Below, in pieces: positions 20,947 to 31,321 of a stretch of 64,000 nucleotides of DNA. The translations under genes and the position numbers were made by a program. Position 1 is the stretch's first letter; each line of letters starts with the position of its first letter. The notes below the pieces were generated by a model, which was not told the DNA's origin, made no database searches, and saw only the letters and a list, made by a program, of their open reading frames with translations. Source of the stretch: Candidatus Hodarchaeota archaeon (GTDB taxonomy: Archaea; Asgardarchaeota; Lokiarchaeia; Sigyniarchaeales; SOKP01); NCBI GenBank assembly GCA_048886685.1, contig JBHLKM010000016.1:1-64000 (forward strand), written 5' to 3'.

Positions 20947-21810
20947 GTGCGAAACATGAGTTATTATAATCGACTTATCATACAAAGAAAACTTAAGGAA
21001 TTTATTGAAGAAGATTGTAACTATGCAGATGTCTCCTCAAGCATTATCCCAGATTTCGCTGAGACAACAGCAAAAGTTATTGCTAAAAGTTCAGGGTATA
21101 TATCAGGATTAGAAGAATTAAGAATGCTTTTTGATCTATTAAATGTGTCAACTGTTATTAAAAAAAAAGATGGAGATGAGTTTAATAAAGGAGATATCAT
21201 CGCTGAATTGAAAGGGAAAACTAAAGATATTTTATTAGGAGAAAGAGTTGGACTCAATCTTATAACTCATATGAGTGCGATAACTTCAACGACTAAAAAA
21301 TTCGTAGAAATAATAAAAAATGCGGGAAAAAATGTAAAGATAGCATGTACACGTAAAACTACACCAGGGATAAGGATTTTGGAAAAAAAATCAGTTGAAA
21401 TTGGAGGTGGCGATACTCATAGATTTTCCTTAGATGAATTCCTCCTAAAAGATACTCATTTGAGATATTATAACGGAGATGTAGAAAAAATGTTAAAAGA
21501 TGTAAATAATATCGCTAGTTTTACAAAAAAAATTGAAATTGAAGTTGAAAAAGTGGAAGATGTGTTAGTTGCTGCGAAAAATGGAGCAGATATCATCATG
21601 ATGGACAATTTTAGTCCTGATCAAGTAGAAGACGCCATCAATTTATTAAAGCAGAATAACCTTCGAGATAATGTAATCATTGAGGTTTCAGGTGGGATTC
21701 ATCCAGAAAATATAGTTGATTATTTACTTTCAGAACCTGATGTTATAAGTTCAAGTCAATTAACTCAATTTCCATCTGAAACGGTGGATTTTTCACTCCG
21801 ATTTGACTGA
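20947..21810 (+). CDS. nadC: Quinolinate phosphoribosyltransferase
   Basis: TRKTTPG, HRFSL, KD.H, EIEVE, MMDNF, SGGI. Confidence 0.95.
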   Translation: MRNMSYYNRLIIQRKLKEFIEEDCNYADVSSSIIPDFAETTAKVIAKSSGYISGLEELRMLFDLLNVSTVIKKKDGDEFNKGDIIAELKGKTKDILLGERVGLNLITHMSAITSTTKKFVEIIKNAGKNVKIACTRKTTPGIRILEKKSVEIGGGDTHRFSLDEFLLKDTHLRYYNGDVEKMLKDVNNIASFTKKIEIEVEKVEDVLVAAKNGADIIMMDNFSPDQVEDAINLLKQNNLRDNVIIEVSGGIHPENIVDYLLSEPDVISSSQLTQFPSETVDFSLRFD

Positions 21811-21818
21811 AATTAAGA

Positions 21819-22211
21819 TTAATCGATAATTATTTCCCGAATAGAACAGATAACATCTTTAACTTTAGCTAGTTCTTTAAATAGGTCCTTGATTAATTCA
21901 ATTTCACCAACTACTAAGATAATTTCAATTTTTTTTTCCGCTATACGCCAATCTGTTATAGTTTTAATGATTTGGTGAAATTGTGAATATATATCAGAGA
22001 TTTGATCAATGGTTATTTCCTTAAATGGATAAACAAGATTTATTGTCATTATTTTATATCCTTCCAAATTATCGAATTTTTCATGTTTTTCAATAAAATT
22101 TACTATGGAATCTCTTAAAGCTTCACTTTTAGAATTAAATCCACTTTGATTTCGTATTTTTTCAAATCTGTCTAACAAATCATCGCTTACTTGTAATGAA
22201 ATTATTGGAAT
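21819..22211 (-). CDS. NikR-like ribbon-helix-helix regulator, probable ATT start
   Basis: Extension to ATT 22211 adds the RHH strand (PIISLQVSDDLL...SKSEALRD); AGGTG RBS and in-frame TGA just upstream. Confidence 0.75.
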   Translation of the reverse strand: MPIISLQVSDDLLDRFEKIRNQSGFNSKSEALRDSIVNFIEKHEKFDNLEGYKIMTINLVYPFKEITIDQISDIYSQFHQIIKTITDWRIAEKKIEIILVVGEIELIKDLFKELAKVKDVICSIREIIID

Positions 22212-22285
22212 TTTTCACACCTTTTAGCTCACAAATTAAAGATCATTAAGACGATTTTAAATATAATTTTTATAATAATCATTAT

Positions 22286-23116
22286 TTATAGAAATTTGTT
22301 TATAAAATTAATGCTCTCAGGTAAGTCTTTTGCGGTAGATAACTCAATAATAATTGGTCCATGATAATCATGGTTTTTCATAACTTCAAAAATTATAGGA
22401 AAATTCACTTTTCCAGTTCCTAAAGGTGGATGGGTATCTGATGTTTTATTAAAATTTTCTACAAGATGAACATTTTTAATGATCTTTTCGAAATAGGTCC
22501 ACAATATATTCACATCTCCATCGCAGGTGAAAAAATGGCTTGTGTCATAAGTAAGATAAAGATCACTGCGATTAATTTTTGAGAAAGTATCTTTTATGTC
22601 ATTTTCATCTAGCATTATGTGAAAATTCTTTGGCATATTTTCTAAACAAACTTTAATATCTGAGTTATTTACAGAATTTAATAATTTATGAATAGAATGA
22701 GCTAATTGCAACTTATTATAATCTCTAATTGAATTTATCAGAAAATTTGCTAAACCAGGATGAATAGTTAGAAGATTGGCCCCGAGTTCTTCACATATTT
22801 CTGCTGATTTTAAATAAGATTTTACTGATGCGTTAGAGATGATGTCATTATGCGTACACAAATTCACATCTATAAATGGTCCATGAATTTGTTTTTTTAA
22901 AGAATAAGCATTAACAAGGTTAATGAATTTTTGTTTATTTTCATTATTAATAACATTTGGAGGATCTAGAACTAATTCAACAACTTTAATATCATTATCT
23001 TCAGCAAATTTGAGACAATCCTCAGAGGCTTTAAGTGTTAAATCAACTAAATTCTTGTAATTTTTGGAAAGTCCATACTCGATAATATGTCCCAGAGAGC
23101 TAATTCCCAATTCCAA
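22286..23116 (-). CDS. Sugar-phosphate isomerase/epimerase (xylose-isomerase-like TIM barrel)
   Basis: IHGPF.D.NL, IHPG, LENM, DTSH, H.PLG.G, IIE. Confidence 0.85.
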   Translation of the reverse strand: MELGISSLGHIIEYGLSKNYKNLVDLTLKASEDCLKFAEDNDIKVVELVLDPPNVINNENKQKFINLVNAYSLKKQIHGPFIDVNLCTHNDIISNASVKSYLKSAEICEELGANLLTIHPGLANFLINSIRDYNKLQLAHSIHKLLNSVNNSDIKVCLENMPKNFHIMLDENDIKDTFSKINRSDLYLTYDTSHFFTCDGDVNILWTYFEKIIKNVHLVENFNKTSDTHPPLGTGKVNFPIIFEVMKNHDYHGPIIIELSTAKDLPESINFINKFL

Positions 23117-23128
23117 TTATTTCACTCC

Positions 23129-23827
23129 TTATGGTGTATTTGATTCCGTTTCTTTTTTTCGCCTACTACGTGGATAATTAGCAAATAAGTTTTCGTATAA
23201 CTTTTCAAATCTCTCAAGGTTTTCCTTAGAAAACGTTTTAGGTTCTCCTATTTGTAAAGCTCCCCAGTAAATTTTTGCTAACTTTTCCACTAACTCTGCA
23301 AATTTCACAGCATGATCAACAGATTTGCCACAGACAATGACACCATGATTCGCTAACAAAGCCGCATTTTTTGTTTTAAGTGCATCAAGAGCGACTTGTC
23401 CAATTTCGTCTGTGTGAGCTATTCCAAAATCAGAAACATCTATAGATCCCCCAAGAAAAATGTACATCTCTTCCATAATGACTGGAATATCTTTTCGGAT
23501 GGTTGAGAACATAGATGCGAAAGTTGAGTGTGTATGAATTACTGATTGAACTTTAGGACGGGATTTATAGATTGCTATATGCATTTTTGCCTCTGTAGAA
23601 GGTAGTTTTCCAGCACTCAAGGGGATTCCCTTAAAATTTAAATGTACCACTTCTTCCTTTGTAAGTGTGGAATATTGATTGAATGATGGAGTAATAAATA
23701 ATTCTTCTTTCTTACCATTTCTTATGCTTACATTACCTTCACCTGCTTCTACCAAGCCTTTATTAAAAATTGCTTTTGCTCCATCAACCACTTGCATCCG
23801 AAGTTGATCTTCTTTAGCTAATGACAT
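23129..23827 (-). CDS. Class II aldolase/adducin family protein (FucA-like)
   Basis: GNVS.R, PSTE..MH, IHTHS, LLANHG. Confidence 0.9.
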   Translation of the reverse strand: MSLAKEDQLRMQVVDGAKAIFNKGLVEAGEGNVSIRNGKKEELFITPSFNQYSTLTKEEVVHLNFKGIPLSAGKLPSTEAKMHIAIYKSRPKVQSVIHTHSTFASMFSTIRKDIPVIMEEMYIFLGGSIDVSDFGIAHTDEIGQVALDALKTKNAALLANHGVIVCGKSVDHAVKFAELVEKLAKIYWGALQIGEPKTFSKENLERFEKLYENLFANYPRSRRKKETESNTP

Positions 23828-23998
23828 AACATAAATAATTAAGAGTAGGTTAAAAATATATTTCGAACTGAAAACAATGTTAAATTGTAAAATGAGCTGT
23901 TGTTTAATAATTCAAAATACTCTAATATTATATATAAAATATAAAAATATCAAATATGATAATTTAAGATATTATCTTTAGCTCAAGTTTCTCTAAAA

Positions 23999-25090
23999 AT
24001 GAATAGAATTATATTACATTGCGATTTAGACTGCTTTTTTGCGGCTGTAGAAATAAGAGATAATCCAGAATACCAAGGCAAGCCAGTAATAATAGGAGCT
24101 GATCCAAGAGAAGGAAAGGGAAGAGGAGTTGTCTCAACTTGTTCTTATGAGGCAAGAAAATTTGGACTTCATTCTGGAATGCCTATTTCTCAAGCTTACT
24201 TAAGATGTCCTCATGGGATTTATTTGAGACCTAATTTTAAAAAATATTCCAAGACATCGAAAGAAGTTATGGAAATATTAAGGGGATATTCAAATGAATT
24301 TCAACAATTAGGGAATGATGAGGCATATCTTGATCTTACTGAATCCTGCTTAAACTATGAGAAAGCACAAAAAACTGCAAAAATAATTCAAAAGGATATT
24401 AGTGAAAGTATAGGAATAACAATTTCGATTGGTATAGCTCCTACAAAATCTCTAGCTAAAATTGCATCCGATTACAACAAACCAAATGGAATTACTCTAT
24501 TTAAACCAGAAAATTTTAAATCTGTTTTAAAGGAAATGGATATCACACGTGTTCCAGGCATAGGAAAAAAAACTAAGGTTTATTTCTATAAAAAAGGAAT
24601 AAAGAAGATCGGTGATATCCTTAATATATCAGTATCTAAAATGGTTAATTTATTTGGGCAACATGGTAAATGGATCTGGAAGGTAGTTAATGGTTTTGAC
24701 AATCGTAAAGTAAAGCAATTTCAAGAAGAGCGAAAATCAATCAGTGCAGAAAGAACATTTTTTGAAGATACAAACGATTTTGAATTTATTTTATCAAAAT
24801 TAGGGGATATTAATGATAGAATACATAAAACAGTTTATAAGCATCAGATCGCCTATAAAACAATTTCACTAAAAATAAGATTTGAAGGATATCATACATA
24901 CACACGTGCTAAAACATTACCTTTTCATATCCAAGATAAGGATAGAGTAATGGAAGTAATTTTGGAACTATTTAGAGAATTTTCAACCAATTTGAAAAAA
25001 GTTAGACTTGTAGGTATTAAACTTTCTAATTTAGAAAGAAATCATAAAGTTAGACAGTCTAACCTTTTAAATTATGTTTATGCAAGTTAA
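23999..25090 (+). CDS. dinB: Y-family DNA polymerase IV
   Basis: HCDLDCFFAAVE, SYEARKFG, DEAYLD, AKIASD..KP.G; PIP-like C-terminal QSNLLNY. Confidence 0.95.
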   Translation: MNRIILHCDLDCFFAAVEIRDNPEYQGKPVIIGADPREGKGRGVVSTCSYEARKFGLHSGMPISQAYLRCPHGIYLRPNFKKYSKTSKEVMEILRGYSNEFQQLGNDEAYLDLTESCLNYEKAQKTAKIIQKDISESIGITISIGIAPTKSLAKIASDYNKPNGITLFKPENFKSVLKEMDITRVPGIGKKTKVYFYKKGIKKIGDILNISVSKMVNLFGQHGKWIWKVVNGFDNRKVKQFQEERKSISAERTFFEDTNDFEFILSKLGDINDRIHKTVYKHQIAYKTISLKIRFEGYHTYTRAKTLPFHIQDKDRVMEVILELFREFSTNLKKVRLVGIKLSNLERNHKVRQSNLLNYVYAS

Positions 25091-25094
25091 TAAT

Positions 25095-26015
25095 TCAGAT
25101 AGATTCTTGCTTGATTAATCTCAATATTTTTTCTTGGACTATTCCATTGGAAGCAATAATTCCAGGTCCAGTCCATAGACACTTATTTTCTCTAAATTCT
25201 AAACGAACACCGTTGAGATCTGTTACGGTTCCTCCAGCTTCTCTTACTAATAAATCTCCAGGCATAAAATCCCAGGAGTTGGTAGGGTTTAAATCTAAAG
25301 GTTTTATATAAAGATCGGCACTTCCATCAGCTACCATACAAAATTTTGCCATACTATCAATTTGGAGGAATTCCTTAATGCCAATTTTTCTTGCGAATTC
25401 TATAACCCAAGGTTTATCATAATGTAGAGAGTGGCAAAAACGTATAGATTTTAAATCTTCTTGTTGGCTCACATTAATTGGACTAAAATCTTCTTTATCA
25501 AATGCGACTTGAGCTCCTTTACCCTCTACAGCTGAAAAAATCGCTAGGGATTTTCCATTATAATTTGGAACAGATATAGTACAAACTTTTGGTATAGAAT
25601 TTACCATAAATCCAATTCCTACGGCATAGTGCAATCCTTTTTGGAATCCCATAGTTCCATCAACGGGATCTATTGTCCATTGTCGCTGAGAAGGTTTCCC
25701 TCGATAATCCAGTTTCTCTTTTATATCAATCAAATCACCTAAATTTAATTCATTAAAACATTTGTTAATCTGATTTTCGGTCATATTATCAATAAATTCT
25801 GTATTTTCCTCTTCTGCTATCATCATATCTTCTGAAAAATGATTTCTTAATTCTGATATTATATATATTTGAGATGCAAGATCAGCTAAAGTCACCGGTG
25901 AACGATCATCTTTCAAAAATGAATTAAATCCTCTTTTTCTAAACCATTCTGTAATTTCTGTGGCCTTACGTACTAACTCGACAGCAATTTTTAATTCTCT
26001 ATTGAAATTGGACAA
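25095..26015 (-). CDS. 3'(2'),5'-bisphosphate nucleotidase (HAL2/CysQ-like, inositol monophosphatase fold)
   Basis: KDD.SPVT.AD, EE, DPVDGT.GF, DS.AK, WD..G. Confidence 0.85.
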   Translation of the reverse strand: MSNFNRELKIAVELVRKATEITEWFRKRGFNSFLKDDRSPVTLADLASQIYIISELRNHFSEDMMIAEEENTEFIDNMTENQINKCFNELNLGDLIDIKEKLDYRGKPSQRQWTIDPVDGTMGFQKGLHYAVGIGFMVNSIPKVCTISVPNYNGKSLAIFSAVEGKGAQVAFDKEDFSPINVSQQEDLKSIRFCHSLHYDKPWVIEFARKIGIKEFLQIDSMAKFCMVADGSADLYIKPLDLNPTNSWDFMPGDLLVREAGGTVTDLNGVRLEFRENKCLWTGPGIIASNGIVQEKILRLIKQESI

Positions 26016-26142
26016 GAAAATCTAAATTTTTATATTCGATTAATTACTTACATACAATCAGTAAGTTATTTAAACTGCATTATTCTGGATGCTTCAAAAG
26101 ACTTTCCTTTATATAAATATCTTCAAAAAAAAACTTATGACT

Positions 26143-28227
26143 TTACTTTATTATAGCCTGTATTTCAAAAAGATAATTGTCTAATGAGGCTGAAGTTCTA
26201 CTTGTAAGATTAATTTGGTGTGCTTTTCTTTTTAATTCTGATTCAAAATTATATTCACTCAGAAGCCATAATAATTTATGCATCTCAATAGTATTCTTGA
26301 AATCATTATCTATTTCATAATATTTTGAATATGCATTATAGAAAGCATTGTAAAAAGATGGGATATTTAGAGGTTTTAGAATTAGGTAATCTATCTTAAT
26401 GAAGTCTTGAGCTCTGCTTCCAACACACCAATCATCAAAATCTACTAATCCATTCAAATTAATTAAACCCTGTTCTTCCTTCACGATAACATTTTGACTA
26501 CGAAAATCATTATGTAATAAGACAAATTCATTTTCATCTTCTATTAATGCCTTTTTATCTTTATAATAATCCCTTATATCATTTCCAAAATCAATTTTAT
26601 TCTTTTTAGCTTCTTGTAATTCATTTTCTAATTGATTAGTAAAATATTCGGAATATGATACTTTTGGTTTTTTTCCTATATTGCTAACACTTCTGAAATA
26701 TGATTCAAATTTAATATTATGTAAATTTCCTAAATGTTCTCCCAAAGTATCAAAAATATTTATAAAATTTTTAGTATTCAAATTTCTTCCCTCGCTAATA
26801 TACTTTTTAAGGAGCTGAAATAAAGGTTTTCCACGAATATATTCTTGTACTGAGAAAATGTAAGGAACTATTTCCTTAGTCTCATCATAATAGATTAAAT
26901 TACTTACTGGAATAATCGGAGGTTTATCTCTATCAAAGATATAAGCCCCTGTTTTAGTATTTATTATTTTTTTTACTCTTTCTCTTAGATTAGGATCTTC
27001 AGGTGTTAGGCTTTTATCTAAAAATGGAAACAAAAGTTTTTGTTTAATTAAATTTTCAAATTGAAAGAATATATTAGTACGAAATCTGAAAACTAATTGG
27101 CTATTTTCGAACTTTACTTTGTAAATTGTATTAGTATCTGCTCTATAAGGTCTTGATATTTTTCTTACTTTACCTTGCTGAACTAAAATATCTATTTTTG
27201 AAAATGTCTCAATAATATCTTGAAATTGATACAAATCTTTTATACCAATAGAATATAATTGGTAAATTTGCTTATTATTAATTAAGTAATTAACAGTAGC
27301 TTCAATTCTTTCCTTACTTATAGGATCAATTTCAGTTTGTAATTTTGAGAGGATTAAATTAACCTCTTCATTAGTATTTGATAAAATTTCTCTATATAAG
27401 TGTAAAAAAGCATACATTAAACCACATCTCTCTTTACCTTCCTCAATTTTAATATTATAAATCTTAGCTCTAATATCGTTAATTTGGTCTTGTAATTGTA
27501 GAAGCTCTAAAAGATTATCGTTCACGGCGTAATAATATAATTTTGAACACATATTAACCAAGTTACTTATATTCGATACAATACCACTATATTTTCTCTG
27601 ATTTAAAGGAATTAGCTGAAAAAAGTTTTGAGAATTTTCTTCCAATCCGCAGAAAACTGAGAAATTTTCATTTATTAATTGCAGGTATAACTTACAGGTT
27701 TTAATATTATAAAATGAATCATTTAAACCTCTTAAATTAGGGAATTCTGTTAATTTTGTTAACCAATTCGGGTCAATCTCATTTTTAACAAATTGAAGAG
27801 GATTATTGTATAAATATATCTGATTTCTAGGATTAATAGATCCCAAGATATTTTCAAAATATGATCTTATTTCCTCTGATGATAAATTATCCGAAATGGG
27901 GGGAGGTATCAAATAATTAAGTTCGTTAAAATTTTTTCCTATATTTTCAATTTGCTCTATTATTTCCTCTGCATCAGCGCCATAAATTCCAACAAGAATA
28001 GGAATTTTTTTTGTGGTTAATTCCATGGCAATATCAATAAGTTTAATTTTTTCTTCTATTTTACTTGAAAATAGAGGTCTATCCCCCATACTCCCGAAAA
28101 GCAGGAGAGCGTTGGCGTCATTTGTAAGAATATGACGGATAAGGAGTGAATTTAAATTTTTAATAATTTTATTATTTTTATCGTAGAAAGTTATAAGGTC
28201 ACATATAACTCCATTGATTTGTTGCAT
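26143..28227 (-). CDS. Fusion of DHDPS/NAL-like barrel and APH/choline-kinase-like phosphotransferase
   Basis: N-terminal INGVI...GSMGD...YLYNNP...GLNDS; C-terminal LLHNDF...NVIV and LVDFD. Confidence 0.8.
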   Translation of the reverse strand: MQQINGVICDLITFYDKNNKIIKNLNSLLIRHILTNDANALLLFGSMGDRPLFSSKIEEKIKLIDIAMELTTKKIPILVGIYGADAEEIIEQIENIGKNFNELNYLIPPPISDNLSSEEIRSYFENILGSINPRNQIYLYNNPLQFVKNEIDPNWLTKLTEFPNLRGLNDSFYNIKTCKLYLQLINENFSVFCGLEENSQNFFQLIPLNQRKYSGIVSNISNLVNMCSKLYYYAVNDNLLELLQLQDQINDIRAKIYNIKIEEGKERCGLMYAFLHLYREILSNTNEEVNLILSKLQTEIDPISKERIEATVNYLINNKQIYQLYSIGIKDLYQFQDIIETFSKIDILVQQGKVRKISRPYRADTNTIYKVKFENSQLVFRFRTNIFFQFENLIKQKLLFPFLDKSLTPEDPNLRERVKKIINTKTGAYIFDRDKPPIIPVSNLIYYDETKEIVPYIFSVQEYIRGKPLFQLLKKYISEGRNLNTKNFINIFDTLGEHLGNLHNIKFESYFRSVSNIGKKPKVSYSEYFTNQLENELQEAKKNKIDFGNDIRDYYKDKKALIEDENEFVLLHNDFRSQNVIVKEEQGLINLNGLVDFDDWCVGSRAQDFIKIDYLILKPLNIPSFYNAFYNAYSKYYEIDNDFKNTIEMHKLLWLLSEYNFESELKRKAHQINLTSRTSASLDNYLFEIQAIIK

Positions 28228-28422
28228 TTTATACTCCTCTTTTGTTAGTATAAAGATAACTTGAATTTCAATAACGATATATGTATATCAGTCTATAAGT
28301 ATTAATATGATTTTTGAAAAATATTATTATTCGGATTATACCTAAAAATTTATAATTTTCTTAATAATAATCACTTATTAAATTTAAATAAATTTGATAT
28401 AATCATTAAAGGAGGAGTTAAA

Positions 28423-29148
28423 ATTTTTTGTAAGATTGATGATATTGATATCCCCTCAGTTTCCACTGGAACTTCTCCTTTCATTGGAGCCGGACAATTC
28501 GGATTAAAAGCATTTGAATGGCGAAAGAAATTCTTAAACAACCCAGAAGCCATTTTAGAGATTTTGGAAGCTAGTTATTCAGTAGGGGCACGCGGAATTG
28601 AAATTATACCATATAAAGGAATTTTAGAGGCTGCTCGAACTATGACAGAATTACATAGTGATTATATAATAACTGGTTCTACTTATCCCGGGAAAAATCC
28701 TGGTATTGAAGCTTTAGTAGATGTTGGAGCAAAGTTAATATTCGTCCATGGTATAGTATCAGATAATAAAGGGAAAACATTATTAAAACTCTTAGATGAA
28801 ATCTCTAGCAGAGGTATTATTCCTGGTATTGCAACACACGAGCCGATTACTACAATAAAATTTAGTATTGAAAATTCCTTAAATGTAAAAGTTTTCTTAA
28901 TACCCTTTAATGCAAATGGATTTTTAATAGGGAACGTAAGAAAGTTAGAAGAAATTGTTGATAATACAAAAAATTTCTATTATATAGGCATGAAAACTCT
29001 AGCAGCAGGAGAAATAAAACCAGATATAGCGTTTAAATACATAGCCAACCATAATATATGCGCGGTAACAATAGGAATGGTTACAGTTAAACAAGCAATA
29101 GAATCAACTAATCTTGCCTTAAAGTCGTTGGCGATTAAGTCTTCATGA
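28423..29148 (+). CDS. Aldo/keto-reductase-like TIM barrel protein, probable ATT start
   Basis: Frame open upstream of 28564 including GTSPFIGAGQFG; PGIATH, GMKTLAAG; GGAGG RBS before ATT 28423. Confidence 0.7.
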   Translation: MFCKIDDIDIPSVSTGTSPFIGAGQFGLKAFEWRKKFLNNPEAILEILEASYSVGARGIEIIPYKGILEAARTMTELHSDYIITGSTYPGKNPGIEALVDVGAKLIFVHGIVSDNKGKTLLKLLDEISSRGIIPGIATHEPITTIKFSIENSLNVKVFLIPFNANGFLIGNVRKLEEIVDNTKNFYYIGMKTLAAGEIKPDIAFKYIANHNICAVTIGMVTVKQAIESTNLALKSLAIKSS

Positions 29149-29159
29149 ACTTTATCATG

Positions 29160-30833
29160 TTATATTTTCTTAGATTCTTTAAATACTTCAAAAATATCCA
29201 TTTCATAATCAACTGTGTCTTCTGGTAATAAATTTGGATCTTTAACAAGTTTAGCTAAATAATAGATTCTTGCTCCCCTTTCAAGGTATTGTAAAACTGT
29301 GTAAGCTCCGTCTAAATGACTTCCACAACATAGATTGCCATGATTAGAAAGCAAAACAGCATTTCTCTCAGCTAAATCTTTTATAACACCTTCAGCTAAT
29401 TCAATTGTTCCTGCTTCCCCATATTCAGCACATAGTACTTCACCGCCAAGATATGGAACTAATTCTTCCATTATTGGAGGCAAAGAAAGATTTAAAGTGC
29501 TGAGAACAGTCGAATAGATACTATGGGCATGAATAATAGCATTTACATCATTCCTTTCCTTATAAACGCTTAGATGCATTTGTTTTTCTACCGATGGATT
29601 TCTATCTCCTTCGATAACTTTACCTTCCATATCAATGATAAGAATATCTTCTGGTTTCATTTCTGTGTAAATAATATTGCTTGGTGTTATGAGTACAAAT
29701 TCATCTTCATCATTTTTTATTCTTACACTCACGTTTCCTGCAGAGCCAATCACATGTTCCTCTTTTACCAGAATTTTGCATAAATCGACTATTGATTTTT
29801 TCAAATTATTAGTTTTAGCACTATTGGTAACTATCTTGTCTGTTAGGACTTCAGGATTCAATATATTCTTAGGGATCTTGTTATTTAACCATAATTTAAT
29901 ATCATCTAAAAGCAATTTTGACTGTCGTTCAATTATTTCATATGTATCTCCTCCTATATGAGGAGAAACAATAACGTTTTCAAATTCTAAGAATTCATTA
30001 TCTTCATCAATAGGTTCTAATGGGAAGACATCTAATGCTGCTCCTGCTATTTTTTTCTCTTCCAATGCTCTCTTTAATGCTTCATAATCAACTAAACTCC
30101 CTTTAGCAGTATTTATTAGATAAGCAGTTTCTTTCATTGAATATATAAGATTTTCATTGAGGAGATTATCATTTTCATCAGTTGCGACTGCATGAATTGT
30201 TATAAAGTCTGAATTCCTTACGAGAGTATCAAGATCAACTTTATCCCCATATATTTTAATAAATTCATTAGGAACGTATGGATCATAAATAAGATATTTA
30301 ACACCATAAGGTTTTAACCTTTCTGCTACCCTTCGACCAATTTCACCAAAACCTATAATTCCAACCTTTTTTCCTCCCAATTCAGTACCTCTAAATCTTT
30401 CAAAATACTCTACCCAGTTTTCAAAATCTACAACTTCAAAATCTTCAGAATGAAGGGTTCTAACTATTTCATGCACTTTACGGGCGAGCATTATAATATA
30501 GCATACAGTTAAATCTGCAACTGCATCAACATTCCTTAAAGGTGTATTCAAGACAGGCAATCCCTTTTCTGTGGCAGCTTTCAGATTAACATTGAAAGGA
30601 TCTCCCCTGCATGAGATAAGTAATTTTATATCGGTTAGCTCGTAAAATTCTTTTTTCTTTACATCATCAATTTCGGTAATGAAAATATCGATACCCTCAA
30701 GCTTTTCTGCTAATTCCTTAGAATCAAAATAAATTTCACGAGTCTTAACCCATGGTTCATAAACAACTTCCATTAAACTTTTTAATTCTTTTAGAACTTC
30801 TGGACTTAAATTTGCTGTTACAAAAGCTTTCAT
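29160..30833 (-). CDS. Fusion of D-2-hydroxyacid dehydrogenase and class II aldolase
   Basis: GIIGFGEIG, INTAKG, ALDVF..EP, SPHIGG, then GNVSVR, PSVE..MH, IHAHS, LSNHG. Confidence 0.88.
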   Translation of the reverse strand: MKAFVTANLSPEVLKELKSLMEVVYEPWVKTREIYFDSKELAEKLEGIDIFITEIDDVKKKEFYELTDIKLLISCRGDPFNVNLKAATEKGLPVLNTPLRNVDAVADLTVCYIIMLARKVHEIVRTLHSEDFEVVDFENWVEYFERFRGTELGGKKVGIIGFGEIGRRVAERLKPYGVKYLIYDPYVPNEFIKIYGDKVDLDTLVRNSDFITIHAVATDENDNLLNENLIYSMKETAYLINTAKGSLVDYEALKRALEEKKIAGAALDVFPLEPIDEDNEFLEFENVIVSPHIGGDTYEIIERQSKLLLDDIKLWLNNKIPKNILNPEVLTDKIVTNSAKTNNLKKSIVDLCKILVKEEHVIGSAGNVSVRIKNDEDEFVLITPSNIIYTEMKPEDILIIDMEGKVIEGDRNPSVEKQMHLSVYKERNDVNAIIHAHSIYSTVLSTLNLSLPPIMEELVPYLGGEVLCAEYGEAGTIELAEGVIKDLAERNAVLLSNHGNLCCGSHLDGAYTVLQYLERGARIYYLAKLVKDPNLLPEDTVDYEMDIFEVFKESKKI

Positions 30834-30878
30834 AAACACCACTAAATTAAAATAAATCAAAATAAAATAAAAAAATGT

Positions 30879-31229
30879 TTAGAATAATAGACTCTTCAAT
30901 TTGAGTAAATTACGTATTTTTCCTTCAACTACTTTTATTTCACCTGAACTATATGCTTTCACAGCACCAATATCTTTATTGAATAAATCAATTAGAGTTT
31001 TTTCGGTTATAAATTCAATTCTTACAGGTGTGTTTTCATCTCCAGAACTATTTTCTATTTTAATTCCTTTATCTCCGTTTACTAAAATAGATATCGAATA
31101 TCCAGTATCTAAAAAGGTTACTTGTATTGGTTCGTTGTAATTAGCTAATTTTTTTCTAATTTTTTCAGTATTATTGTATCTATCTTCAATCTCCTTTAAG
31201 CAACTTTGAATATCTTCGAATTTTGGCAT
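30879..31229 (-). CDS. SCP2 sterol/lipid-binding domain protein
   Basis: 116 aa ending AVKAYSSGEIKV.EG..RNLLKL typical of SCP2. Confidence 0.72.
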   Translation of the reverse strand: MPKFEDIQSCLKEIEDRYNNTEKIRKKLANYNEPIQVTFLDTGYSISILVNGDKGIKIENSSGDENTPVRIEFITEKTLIDLFNKDIGAVKAYSSGEIKVVEGKIRNLLKLKSLLF

Positions 31230-31321
31230 CTTTTTAATATCCCCATTTGAATTATAATTTTACTCTGTAGTTAATATATATGTTAAATGAGTTTTAAAGA
31301 ATTCTTGGGGTCAAAAAAAAT

